From: Eledone cirrhosa
Lineage: Eukaryota
Assembly: GCA_964016885.1 (NCBI GenBank)
Contig: OZ024744.1
Location: forward strand, 91,016,001 to 91,080,000
Reading direction: 5' to 3'
Length of the DNA: 64,000 nt
Shown: one piece after another, positions 51,206 through 63,664 of the stretch
How positions within the stretch are numbered: the first letter of the stretch is position 1
Layout: each line of letters starts with the position of its first letter
The notes under the pieces: model-generated
The model's input: only the letters and a program-made list of their open reading frames with translations
What the model was told of the DNA's origin: nothing
Database searches by the model: none
Made by a program: the position numbers and the translations under genes

Positions 51206-51854
51206 TTAAAAAGTCCAAGGACAGTTAGCCATGCTTGTCTGTCTGTGTGTCTGCTGCTGGTCAAAATGTCATAGACATTTTTGGTGGAAGTGAAATGGGA
51301 CGGGGTGGAAAGGAGGGAGAGAGAGAGAGAGGAAATAAAGGACATTCTTGTTCTTTTATTTCCCTGGTTTTCAGTCATTAGAGTGCGGCCATACTGGAAC
51401 ACTGCTTAAAAGGGCTTTTTTTAGTTGTTCATTTAGTCAAACCTTAGTATATATATATATATATATATATATGGGATGGTTTTTTTTTGTTTATTTTGTC
51501 TTTTATTTTTTGGGGGGGAGGAAGGGGGGGGGGTCCTCAAGTCAGGTACTTATTTTACTAATATTTTAGTTATTTTCTTTTTGCTTGTTGTTATTGTTGA
51601 TGTTGGTTGTTGTTGTTGAACTACTAAGTTACAGGACACAAACACAGACACAGATGCAAACACGCATGCACACACACACATGTACATGGTCATACGCATA
51701 CACACATATATACAAGAAAATGGCAAAATTTGGCAAAAAGACAGACACATCGAAAATTACTACCTTCCTCTACATTTTTTTTCCCCTGTTCATCTTGTTT
51801 ATCAGTCCCCAGTTAAATTTCATATGTCTGTTAAATTAGCCCTACTGAATTTTA

Positions 51855-53205
51855 TTTAAACCCTTTTGATACCAAATCCCCTGAAATGAACCCCACAATT
51901 CTACGATACAAAACTGATAATTCTAAAAGCCTTTTATCGTAATTTTATATAAGAACACTTTTTGTTAAAATTATTCTCCAAACACAAGCTTGATAATGAG
52001 TAAGTTAGTTATGTTGTTAAATACCTCCAAATTCTTGATTAGTTTTTTTTTTATTATTTGAAAATCACAGGCAATGATTTTAGTAAATCCCTCAAAAATC
52101 TTCATGAATTAACACTTATATATTAGTGGTATTACTATTAATTATGAATTAATAATTTTGTTAACACTTTCATGACTGAATTTCTAATGAAATACACTCT
52201 GTTTTAATTAATTAATAAAAAATTTTGAGGGATTTACTAAAATTAATAATTATCTTATCACTAAGATAGTAACTTAATGTGAAGTTCTTATAAGAAATTA
52301 TGTTGGAAGATTTTAATTTAAATTGGAAACCTTTAAAACGAGTGGTTTCATTTCATAGAACCAGAGCTGGTTTTGACCGGGTTGGTAACTAAAGGGTTAA
52401 TAGAAATAGGATGTATTTCAATAGAAATATAGTTGCATGAGGTTAAAAACTACACCCTCACCCCCCAAAAAAATTAGAAACATGGTAACAAAAGGGCTAA
52501 AAGGGAATACAGAGAGGGAAAAAAAGGAATGAGTGTTGTCACATGCCTTTTTTTTTTTATCATTTTAAAAATTATTTCTAAAAAAGAAAAAAAAAGAAAA
52601 ATATCTGAATAAAAAATTTCTTACAGAAAATTAAAACAGTACCGCAACCTCTTGTTGATAATCTATTATAGCACTCTAATCACCCAAATGATAAGATATT
52701 TATTTATTTTTGTCTTATTGGGGGAGTTGTTGCTTTTCTTTTGTTTTTTTTTTAACCCTTTTTAACCATATTTCTAATGAAATATTCTATTTTAATTAAC
52801 TGAAGAATTTTGAGGAATTTACTAAAATTTATTAATTATTTCATTACTAAGAAAGTGACTTAACATATATGGTTTTTATATATAAAATTAAATTGGAGGG
52901 TTTTAATATATTTTAGATTCTATATTTCCATTAAAATATTTCAATTAATTGATGAAGAATTATTGTTATTTAATTATTAATATAGTAACTTAACCCTTTA
53001 TAACTACCAATTAATTAATGAAGAATTTTGAGGGATTTACTAAAATTATTAATTATTTCATTACTAAGACAGTAACTTAATGTAGGGTTTTTATGTAAAA
53101 TTATGTAGGAAGATTTTAATTTAAATTGGAAACCTTTAAAATGGGTCGGTTTTATTTCATAGAATCAGAGCAGGTTTTGGCTGGGTAGGTAACTAAAGAG
53201 TTAAC
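51855..53205. mobile_element. Cluster of AT-rich piggyBac-like MITE relics; a similar cluster lies at 56135-57250
   Basis: Repeated TTAA-CCC(T)TT and AAAGGG-TTAA ends, with shared internal motifs (tttctaatgaaata, gagggatttactaaa). Confidence 0.55.
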
Positions 53206-53229
53206 ATGTGGTTCTTTATAAATTTATGA

Positions 53230-54020
53230 CATGCCTTTCCATGTACACGGACTTAACCACACATCTTGTAAGCACGTCTTAACCACTAAACTCTCTTACA
53301 TACCCACGCCTCTACACCCACCCACCCTCCCACTTCAGTCCACACCAACCTTACATTGTAAAGTTATGTTGGTATCACAAAAACACATCCAGCCCACACT
53401 GTAAAGTAGGTGTCACGATAGAAAGCACCCAGTTCACACTGAATGTGGTTGGCATTAGGAAGGGCATCTAGTTGTAGAAACCCAGCCAGAAACAGTTCTG
53501 TATGTGCAAGACACGGTCACCTGATCCAACTTGCCTCAAACGAGACAGCCCGTCTAACCCATTCATCATCATCATCATCATCATCACCGTTTTACGTCCG
53601 TTCTTCCACGCTAGCATGGGTTAGACAGGTTGTCCTGTTGTGGGCAGTGTCTGGTCAGCTGACCATGCCTTGCTCATACAGGAACTGATTCTAGCATGGA
53701 AAGTGGACGTTAAACAATGATGATGATAATGATGATGCTGGATGATTTTAATTTAATCCTAATTAAAATAGAGTGTGTTTCTAATGAAACAAACTAAAAT
53801 TATTAATTATTTTGTTACTACGATATATAAGGTTTCTTAACATCATCATCCTTTTTATATCCACTTTTCCGTGTTTGCATGGGTTGAACAGGTCTTTTCC
53901 AGCACAGCTTCCCTAAATATGTTTGGATTCCTCATCTTCTCTGTCAGGATCAGTGTTTTGAGATCAGCTCTCACCACCTCTGCCAGGTCTTCCTTAGTTT
54001 TCCTCTACAATCATCATCCA
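53230..54020. mobile_element. Nested RTE 3' UTR fragments in both orientations
   Basis: 53562-53690 is the reverse complement of 62820-62945 and sits inside a + oriented RTE 3' end. 53840-54020 is another minus fragment. Confidence 0.75.
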
Positions 54021-54504
54021 TGCATGATACTATAACTCATGAAGGAGTCATTGGAATGCTGTGTTAACATAAGGGATTTCTAGGGTATCTTAAAACCTGG
54101 CAGAGCTCATCCTTCTCCAGGTCGGAACACAGCAGATTTCTTTTAGAGAAGGATAGAAAGTGAGAGAATTGAAGTGAAAAAGAGGTATAGAGGAAGAATC
54201 AACCCCAGTACTTCACTGGTACTTTTTATCAACTTCAAATGTATGAAAGCAAAGTTGACCTTGGCGGAATTTTAACTCAGAGAGCAGACAGTCAAAATGA
54301 ATGCTGCAAAGCATTCTAGCCGACAATGGCTGGTTTAAATGCTAAAGGGTTAAGGGCAAAACTGACCGCAGCAGGATTTATATCATTTATATCATAACAT
54401 AACACACAGTAGCTAAATACAACAGAGCATTTTATCTGAAGCTCTAACAATTCTGCCAATCCATCGCTCCATCATCCATACACATCGCATTTTCATATAT
54501 AATA

Positions 54505-55580
54505 ACATCCCGTAAGTAATGTCATTTTTTACACTGTACTTTCTAAAACATGTTCCAGTATGTTTAAACAAAATTATTTCACAACTGTATAAATACTGTG
54601 GAGAAAGAAAAGCTTTAATCAGTTAATTTCCGGCTTGCAGTCATATAAGTTTTAATTTGTTGCTTTAATAATCCTTCATAAAAATGGAAGTCACAGAAGA
54701 GCACATAAGATACATCCTGCTTTACAGATTCAAAAAAGGCAACAATGCTATAAATACTGTAAAAAATGTGCAAAACGTGTATGGTAAAAGAGTTTTGAAT
54801 GTTCGTAAGTTCCAACATTGTTTCAATAAATTTCAACAAGAGGACTTTGACTTGGATGATGGCCCATTGCTCTTTTGATAATATGCTGAAAGCCACTATT
54901 GAAAAAAAGTCCTCATGCAACTGTTTAAGAGTTAGCAGAAGTGGTTAATTCGATGTCTTCAACAGTCCAACGTCATTTATAGGAACTTGGAAGGGTATCT
55001 AAGCTTGGCGAGTAGACTTTACATGAACTAAGAGAAAACAATTGAAGAGAACACATCAGAATTTGCACTGCTCCTCATTCTCCAGAGTGTAAGTGTTCAT
55101 TTTTAAACTGTCTTGTAATAATTGGTGGTGAAAAGTGGATACTCTAAAAGAATGTTAAACGCTGACGGCAGTGGGTTCAATCAGGACAACAAGCAAAATC
55201 TTTATCCTCAGAAAGTTTTGCTACAAAATCAGACAATCACAGCTCAAGTGTACTGTGAACAATCCAATCGATTGAATGAAACATTGAAAGAAAGGGTGCC
55301 ATTTTCCAGCATGATAACAAGACCTCATAAGGCATGGATTACATGTTCCACGATTAAAGAACGTGGCTGGAAAAAGCTTCCACATCCTCCATATTCTCCA
55401 GACCTTGCTCCTTCAGATTATCGTTTATTCCGATATTTGCAACATTTTATTAATGGAAAACTGCAATTCTTTAGAGGCACTTAAAATCGACCTACTCGAA
55501 ACCATCTGATACCTAAAGGAATGGCATAAGAAAGGTTTTACAGGATATGAAGAATGTTATTGAATATACACTTGATTAAA
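54505..55580 (+). pseudogene. Degenerate mariner (DD34D) transposase relic
   Basis: MEVTEEHIRYILLYRFKKG..VYG and HPPYSPDLAPSDYRLF, with multiple stops and frameshifts. Confidence 0.85.
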
Positions 55581-55639
55581 TGCCTTTTACAGTTAATGTG
55601 GTGTGGTAAATAAACATATAGATATACACCAGATCTCAA

Positions 55640-55975
55640 CAAAATGGAACCAAACTCCCACTGTCACTGCCTCCATCTTTCCCTTTCTCCCCATCTCTCA
55701 CTATTATGAACAAATGGGGGCCCATGCGCTCACTGCCCCACGGCCCCAGCAGACAGAATAGAGAAGGAATTTCCCTGGAGCGTGGTGAGGGAGACGCGCT
55801 GGAAGAGCCATTCCAGCTCACGAGGCTCAAACCTGCGGCTAGCCAACTCTGTGCCAATGGTGGTGAATAGGGAAGTGGTCCTAGAGCCAAGGACACCAGA
55901 AGTCTCCATTGCTACAAGCTCGACCACAAACCTGTCGGAGAGCGACTGATGTATAACTTGTATTTTGTATCTTTT
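55640..55975 (-). pseudogene. 3' end of a CRE-like (RLE) non-LTR retrotransposon
   Basis: VAMETSGVLG...IGTELA..EPRELEWLFQRVSLTTLQGNSFSIL resembles the recalled CRE C-terminal pattern AVETLG..FL.QR.S.A.QRGNA. Confidence 0.6.
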
Positions 55976-57350
55976 CAAAACCTAAAACCAAAACTGTTAT
56001 AACTTATTGGATGACCTGATAGAATGTGCTGAATAAAACTTTTTTTTACTGCAATTTGTTTAGTTTTTTAATTCAGGTATTTAGTAGTTGATGATAAATT
56101 ACTCCTGCTAACTTTAAAGTGTGGGAAGAATTGAAGTTAACCATTTTGATACAAAACTGCCAGAAACCTTTCCTTGTCCAATCATACAAAACTTTGTTTT
56201 GAAGTATTCAAATTTTTTTTTTTTTTACATAATAAACATCTATCATAATTTTATATAAGAACCTCTGTTAACCCATTCATCACTATATTTCTTTTTAAAA
56301 AGTCATGAATTTGGAACATAACTTAATGGTTCTTACATAAAATTATGATGGAAGTTTTTTTAGGAAAATATAAACACTTTAATCCTTTCATTATCATATT
56401 TCTAATGAAAGATACCACCCATGATTTTGAAATAATTTTGAAAATAATCATGAATTTGGAGAGATTTAATAATACAACAAACTTTCTGATTATTGAGCTG
56501 GTATTTGGAACATAAGATAACAAAGGTTCTTACATAAAATTATGATGGAAGGCTTTTAGATAAATGTAAACACTTTAATCCCTTCAATACCATATTTCTA
56601 ATGAAAAATATAACCTATCATTTTTCAAATAATTTTTGAAAATAATCAAGAATTTGGAAGGATTTAGTAATCTAACTCCCTCATTATTAAGTTGGTGTTT
56701 AGAACATAACTTCACATAAATGTGTTTACATAAAATTATGATGGAAGGTTTTTAGATAAATATAAACACTTTAAAAACCAAAACAGCTATGAATTGTTGA
56801 ATCAAGTGGAGGCCAGCTTCAGGCAGTTTGGAATCAAAAGAGAAAGTTAGTTATATTACTAAATCCCTCCAAATTCTTATTTTCAAATGATTTCTAAAAT
56901 CCTAAGCAGTGTCTTTCATTAGAAATATGGTAACAAAAGGGTTTAAAAGTTTATATTAATCTAAAAACCTTACATCAATTTTATGTAAGAACCTTTAAGT
57001 TACATTCCAACCACCAGACTAATAATGGCATCAGCAAGTGTTTAGGTGCCATTTTTCCCTATGGTAATAATAGGTTCAAATATGCCCAAAACTGTTGCTG
57101 GTTCAATGAAACAAAACCACTTATTTTAAAAGGTTTCTATTAGAATGATAACCTGCAAATATAATTTTACTTTTGTTAAGATACGTTACAAATACCAATT
57201 TAATAATGAAATAACCAGTAATTTTACTAAAATCCCTCCAAATTCTTCAAATATAGTGCACAAAGGAAGGTTCCGTCTCATCCTGATGTGGAGAAACGAG
57301 AGACAGCCTCAGCAATAGATGAATTTGTTCTGTTGCTAGAGCTTTATGAA

Positions 57351-58030
57351 AATAAAGTGTCTTGCTCAACAACACAACACAACACCTGGTCTGGGAGGGC
57401 TTTTGATATTGTTAATACTGTAGAAAGGTATGATATGTCATCAGATCACAGGAGCTTTGTGAAAATAAAGTGTCTTGCTCAAGGACACAACACATCACCC
57501 AGTCTGGGAGATCTTTTGATATTGTTAATATTGGAGAAAGGGATGATAGGTCATCAGCCCACTGCATCAATGTGGAATAAAGTGTCTTGCTCAAGAATAC
57601 AACATATCACCTGATCTGGCAGAGCAATTGATATCATTAATGCAGTAGAAAGGGATGGTATGTCATCAGACCACTGGAGCAACATGGAATAAAGTGTCTT
57701 GCTCAAGGACATAACATAACACCTAGTTTGGGAGAGCTTTTAATGTTGTTAATATGTCTTCAGACCACTGGAGCAACATGGAATAAAGTGTCTTGCTCAA
57801 GAACATAACACAACACCCAGTCTGGGAAAGCTTATGATATTGTTAATATGTCTTCAGACCACTGGAGCAACATGGAATAAAGTGTCTTGCTCAAGAACAT
57901 AACACAACACACAGTCTGGGAAAGCTTATGATATTGTTAATATGTCTTCACACCACTGGAGTAACATGGAATAAAGATATAACACATCAACCGGTCTGGT
58001 AATCAAACTCACAACCTCACAATTGTGAAT
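57351..58030 (-). repeat. Tandem array (7 units, 112-113 bp then 94 bp) built on the SINE CORE-like segment
   Basis: aataaagtgtcttgctcaa starts at 57351, 57464, 57576, 57688, 57782 and 57876, with a partial unit at 57970. The array ends in a SINE head remnant. Confidence 0.88.
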
Positions 58031-58349
58031 CACACCACACACCTTCAAAATATGTAATATCATGAGAAAAATGGTAACAAAAGTGTTATTTATACCTTTC
58101 CAATACAATTAACAGATTAGCTATTGAAAGATTTCCGACTAGTAATCCAACTGGGTTTTTGGAATTTGGCATGAAGTGAGAGAGAAGAGGGGGGACACCT
58201 CCAACACATATATTTCCCATAACTGCTAAAGAGGAAAGTAAATATCAAAGAAAAATTTAAGCTTCTCAGACACAAAAAGTATTTACACACTTTCAGTCCT
58301 GCTTACTTGTTTGTTTCTATATATATTTTTTTATTTTTGGTGTACTCTA

Positions 58350-58871
58350 AATATGTGTGTGTGTGTGCACACACGCACACACACATACACATATATACAT
58401 GTATGTGAATATATATGTATATACATGTATATATATATATACATGTATACATGTATATACATATATATATACATGTATATATATACATATCCATATATAC
58501 ACATATACATATCCATATATACGCATATACATATATATATTTACATATCCATATATACACATATACATATATATATATATACACATATATATATACATAT
58601 CCATATGTATACATATATATATATACACATATATATATATATATACACATATATATATATATATACATATACATACACATATACATATATATATATACAC
58701 ATATACATATATATATACACTTATACACATATACATATATATATATATACACTTATACACATATACATACACTTATACATATACATATATATATATACAT
58801 ATACATGTATATATATATACATATACATGTATATATATATATACATATACATATATATATACATATACATG

Positions 58872-58902
<31 letters not shown>

Positions 58903-58915
58903 ATACATATACATG

Positions 58916-58946
<31 letters not shown>

Positions 58947-59689
58947 ATACATATACATGTATTTATACATATACATGTATTTATACATATACATGTATAT
59001 ATACATATACATGTATATATACATATATGTATATATACATATATGTATATATACATATGTGTATATATACATATATGTATATATATACATATGTGTATAT
59101 ATACATATATGTATATATATACATACATGTATATATACATATATGTATATATACATACATGTATATATAAATAGTATAACTAGTATAACTAATACTGTAT
59201 ATATACATATACATGTATATATATATATACATATACATATACATGTATATATATATATACATATACATATATATACATATACATATATATATACATATAC
59301 ATGTATATATATATATATACATATACATGTATATATACATATACATGTATATATATACATATACATGTATATATACATATACATGTATATATATACATAT
59401 ACATGTATATATACATATACATGTATATATACATATACATGTATATATACATATGTATATATACATATACATGTATATACATATACATGTATATATACAT
59501 ATACATGTATATATACATATACATGTATATATATACATATACATGTATATATACACATTTACATGTATATATACATATACATGTATATATAAACATATAC
59601 ATGTATATATACATATACATGTATATATATACATATACATGTATATATACATATACATGTATATATATATATACATATACATATACATG

Positions 59690-59743
<54 letters not shown>

Positions 59744-59745
59744 AT
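58350..59745. repeat. (TA)n/(TACATG)n microsatellite
   Basis: Direct inspection. Confidence 0.93.
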
Positions 59746-60228
59746 CATAATCATCATCGTTTAACGACCATCTTCCACACTAGCATGTATGTATATGTAT
59801 ATATATATATATATATAACCAAAATATTCATAAAACAAACAAACAAACAAAAAGAAACGAGAAACACTGCATAGCAAGAGGGGGATAAGTTAAAAGAGAC
59901 AAACAAACAAAATGTGGTCATGTTTGCGGAAATGTGACAATTTAAGTAATCCATTATCCGAGAGAAACCATGAACGTGCTGTTGAGAATATCTATCAATC
60001 TTTACTTTATGCCAACTCCTTGTCAATGTCTGGCTGTTTTCACAGTGAAAAAAAAAACCCGTCCAAAACACGTAATGGTTGAGATTTGAAGTGTAGTTGT
60101 CCCAACATAAATGACTATAATAATAGCCGGTAACTATAAAACTATAAATCATAGTTGAGAAAAGTCAGGGTAAGTAGTATCTATCACTGGAGACTGAAAA
60201 AAAGTGACCTGTTCATGCCTGTGTGTGT

Positions 60229-60266
<38 letters not shown>

Positions 60267-60311
60267 ACACACACACACACATATACATTTTGATTTATAT
60301 TTTTAATTATG

Positions 60312-62948
60312 TGTCTACCTTACCTTCGGTAGTTTATAGATTCCATACATGGAATGTACATCCCAACATAGCTTAGTTGTCAGCGACCTCACGGTCAGAA
60401 CTAGACGAGCCCTGAAACAGAGGCCAACCTGGAGAAGAAAGATCTGGAAGCTGAAAGTCCCCTCAACCAGTAACAGATTTAAAGATATTTTACTCAACGC
60501 CTACGACAGTAAAGAAGAACAGATAGAGACATTTAACGTAGAAGAGAACTGGGAGTTCCTAAAAAATAACTTACTAGAGGCGACGGATGAGGTTTGTGGC
60601 TGGAGTAAGACCTCAAGCAGGAGGAGAGTGACTTGGTGGTGGAACAATAAGGTAGATGAAGCAGTCAAGGCCAAGAGACAGGCATGGAAAGAATGGAAGA
60701 ACGGGGGGAGCAGGGTACATTACATAGAGACCAAGAGGGAAGCTAGGCGACAAGTATACTTAGCTAGGAGGGAAGCAGAGGATAGAAAATTCAAGCATGT
60801 TTTACAACGTGAGGACCAGAAACAGGAGGTATTCAAGATTGCGAGGCAGTGTGTCAGAGATAGTTGTGATGTCATTGGAGAGAAGTGTATCCGGAATGAT
60901 AAAGGTGAGCTTGCCCTCACAAGTGCTGAGAAGAAAGATGCATGGAAGAGTCATTATGATAGATTACTAAATGAGGAGAATGCATGGGAAGAAGAGACCC
61001 TACCCCACGTAGACCCTATAGAGGGACCAGCAGTACAAGTCAGCGGCAGCGTAGTAAGTAAGGCAATCAGAGATATGAAGATAGGGAAGGCAACCGGTCC
61101 ATCGGGTATAGCTGCCGAGATGCTGAAGGCATCTGGGTCTGTAGGTCACACTATAACCACACGTATCGTTAACCAGGTAATACTAGAGGGGGCCATACCA
61201 AAAGATTGGTGCAGTAGCATCATTGTCAACTGCTACAAAGGTAAAGGCGATGCACTAGATAGAGGAAACTATAGAGGTATAAAGTTGATGGACCAGGTCA
61301 TGAAAGTAACAGAAAGAGTTATAGCACAGCTGATTAGGGACCGGGTGAATATAGACGAGATGCAATTTGGGTTTGTACCAGGGAAAGGCACCACTGATGC
61401 GCTCTTCCTTGTGAGGCAATTACAGGAAAAGTACCTAGCTAAAAGTAAGCCACTCTACTTGGCATTTGTCGACCTTGAGAAAGCCTTTGACAGAGTTCCA
61501 CGTGCAGTAATCTGGTGGGCTCTTAGAAAACTAGGAGTAGATGAATGGCTTATGAAAGCGGTACAAGCCATGTATAGGGGAGCAGTCAGCAAAGTTAGGA
61601 TTGGCAATGAGTATAGCGAGGAATTTAGCGTACAGGTTGGGGTCCACCAGGGCTCTGTTCTTAGCCCTCTCCTGTTCATCATAGTCCTGCAGGCAATAAC
61701 GGAGGAGTTTAAGACCGGATGCCCATGGGAACTCCTGTATGCTGATGACCTCGCACTCATAGCTGAATCTATGGTAGAACTAGAGAATAAATTCCAAACC
61801 TGGAAGCAGGGACTAGAGAGAAAGGGCCTCAAAGTCAACATGACAAAGACTAAGGTCCTTATAAGTAGACGAGAAAACAGAACCCAGATCCCCTCAGGGA
61901 AATGGCCTTGCTCAGTATGTAGGAAAGGTGTAGGTAGGAACTCCATTCTTTGCCCCAAATGCAAACAATGGGTACACAAGAGATGTAGCGGGATCTCAGG
62001 AAGCTTAATTAAGAATGTAGGATTCACATGCAGCAGCTGTGCTGAAACAGCAAGCAAACAGCCACAGGAAACAAGTACCACCAATCTCTGGGAGGGCCCT
62101 GTAGAAACAGTAGACAGCTTCTGCTACCTAGGTGACCGAATTAGCAACGGAGGTGGGTGCTCAGAAAGTACAATAACTAGGGTAAGAACGGGATGGAAGA
62201 AGTTTAGGGAACTACTACCACTGCTAGCTGCAAAAGGCTTCTCCCTCAGAATGAAAGGCAGACTGTATGATGCGTGTATCCGAACAGCGATGTTGCATGG
62301 TAGTGAGACCTGGGCGCTGAAGGTGGAAGACTTACGTAGATTAGAGAGAAACGAAGCCTGCATGCTCCGATGGATGTGTAACAGTAATATACGTGAACGA
62401 CAAAGCATAAATGAATTGAGAGAGAGACTGAGCATAAGAGGAATCAAATGCTGCGTGCAGGAGAGGCGGTTACGCTGGTATGGACATGTGATGCGTATGA
62501 AGGATGACAGCTGCATAAAAAGGTGCAGCGCACTAGAAGTTGATGGAAACCGCGGAGTGGGGAGACCCAAGATGACTTGGGATGAGGTGATAAAAGCCGA
62601 CCTTACCCAACTACACCTCTCAAAGTCAATGACACACGACCGTGACTTCTGGCGTCACGCAGTAATACAGGGTACCCGACCTCCTGGAGGTGCCACGGCA
62701 AAAAAGCACCCAGCCCACACTGTAAAGTGGACGTGTAGGCGCCACGAAAAAGCACCCAGCACTCACTGTAAATGAGGTTGGTGTTAGGAAGGGCATCCAG
62801 CTGTAGAAATCAAGCCAGATCAGTTCCTGTATGAGCAAGGCATGGTCAGCCGACCAGACACTGCCCACAACAGGACAACCCGTCTAACCCATGCTAGCGT
62901 GGAAGAACGGACGTAAAACGGTGATGATGATGATGATGATGATGATGA
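60312..62948 (+). mobile_element. RTE LINE, young and 5'-truncated, with a (GAT)n tail
   Basis: Intact ORF and a 3' end reading cccatgctagcgtggaagaacggacgtaaaacgg(tga)n. Confidence 0.9.
60349..62775 (+). CDS. RTE-clade LINE ORF: endonuclease tail, RT and PHD-like finger (5'-truncated)
   Basis: 808-aa uninterrupted frame with SQHSLVVSDL (APE C-terminus), TWWWN, FVDLEKAFDRVPR, GVHQGSVLSP, LLYADDL, a C4HC3 finger and RLRWYGHVMRM. Confidence 0.93.
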   Translation: MECTSQHSLVVSDLTVRTRRALKQRPTWRRKIWKLKVPSTSNRFKDILLNAYDSKEEQIETFNVEENWEFLKNNLLEATDEVCGWSKTSSRRRVTWWWNNKVDEAVKAKRQAWKEWKNGGSRVHYIETKREARRQVYLARREAEDRKFKHVLQREDQKQEVFKIARQCVRDSCDVIGEKCIRNDKGELALTSAEKKDAWKSHYDRLLNEENAWEEETLPHVDPIEGPAVQVSGSVVSKAIRDMKIGKATGPSGIAAEMLKASGSVGHTITTRIVNQVILEGAIPKDWCSSIIVNCYKGKGDALDRGNYRGIKLMDQVMKVTERVIAQLIRDRVNIDEMQFGFVPGKGTTDALFLVRQLQEKYLAKSKPLYLAFVDLEKAFDRVPRAVIWWALRKLGVDEWLMKAVQAMYRGAVSKVRIGNEYSEEFSVQVGVHQGSVLSPLLFIIVLQAITEEFKTGCPWELLYADDLALIAESMVELENKFQTWKQGLERKGLKVNMTKTKVLISRRENRTQIPSGKWPCSVCRKGVGRNSILCPKCKQWVHKRCSGISGSLIKNVGFTCSSCAETASKQPQETSTTNLWEGPVETVDSFCYLGDRISNGGGCSESTITRVRTGWKKFRELLPLLAAKGFSLRMKGRLYDACIRTAMLHGSETWALKVEDLRRLERNEACMLRWMCNSNIRERQSINELRERLSIRGIKCCVQERRLRWYGHVMRMKDDSCIKRCSALEVDGNRGVGRPKMTWDEVIKADLTQLHLSKSMTHDRDFWRHAVIQGTRPPGGATAKKHPAHTVKWTCRRHEKAPSTHCK

Positions 62949-63104
62949 TACACTGGTGGTTTTCCTGTTTTTTGATCGCACACACTCTCTCTCTCTCTCT
63001 AGTGCGTTATCCTTTCTACATATTGTATTTTGAAGAGCACATAATTTACAGGGACTAACGCAAGTCAATGACTCCGTTAATATTTGGATATATATATATA
63101 TATA

Positions 63105-63650
63105 CGAGGGAGCTTCAAAAAGTTTGTAGAAAAAGTATATAGTTAAAAATCATAAGCAGGGATTTTGATCTCAATACACCTGTACAGTCTCGTAATAACG
63201 TGTCATAACATGTTCTAACATGAACGCTTAAAAGCATGTTGCAATGAGGTCGTGCCAGTCAAAAGTCAACACCTGTTCAAGCAACATGGCCTCCATCAAA
63301 TCATCAAATACATGGTGAAGCTAGGGTAGAAGAGCAGCCAAATCAGTGACGCTCTAGAGCAAGTTTATGGGGACAATGTCCCAAAGAAATCACAACAACC
63401 TACAAATGGATGAAAGTCGTTTTAGAAGTGAAAGATATGAGGTTGAAAATGATTCCCAGTTGAAGATGTAAAAAAAGCTGCTTTGACATGGTTTAAATTG
63501 CATGACCCTCAGTTTTACTTAAAGGCTGATGTCAACGCTTGCAGAAGTGTATTGACCTAGATGGAGAATATGTTGAAAAATAAACATCATAACTTAAACC
63601 CTTTTTTTTTCCAACTGTCCTTTTTCCATAAACATTTTGAAGCAACCTCA
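63105..63650 (+). mobile_element. Internally deleted mariner (irritans/Hsmar2-like)
   Basis: TA-flanked TIRs cgagggagcttcaaaaagttt and aaacattttgaagcaacctca; coding remnants ISDALEQVYGDN and QRLQKCIDLDGEYVEK*. Confidence 0.8.
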
Positions 63651-63664
63651 TATGTATATATATA

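Noticed and set aside
57351-58030. CRISPR array or hammerhead-retrozyme tandem (CTGATGA/CTGAAGA on minus in the units)
   Set aside because: The intervening sequences are homologous to each other, and there is no stem II-GAAA-stem III arrangement after the CUGANGA.
58303-59764. Tyr/Ile/His-rich ORFs (also at 18.5-19.1, 20.5-21.0 and 49.3-50.5 kb)
   Set aside because: These are translations of (TA)n/(TACA)n microsatellites.
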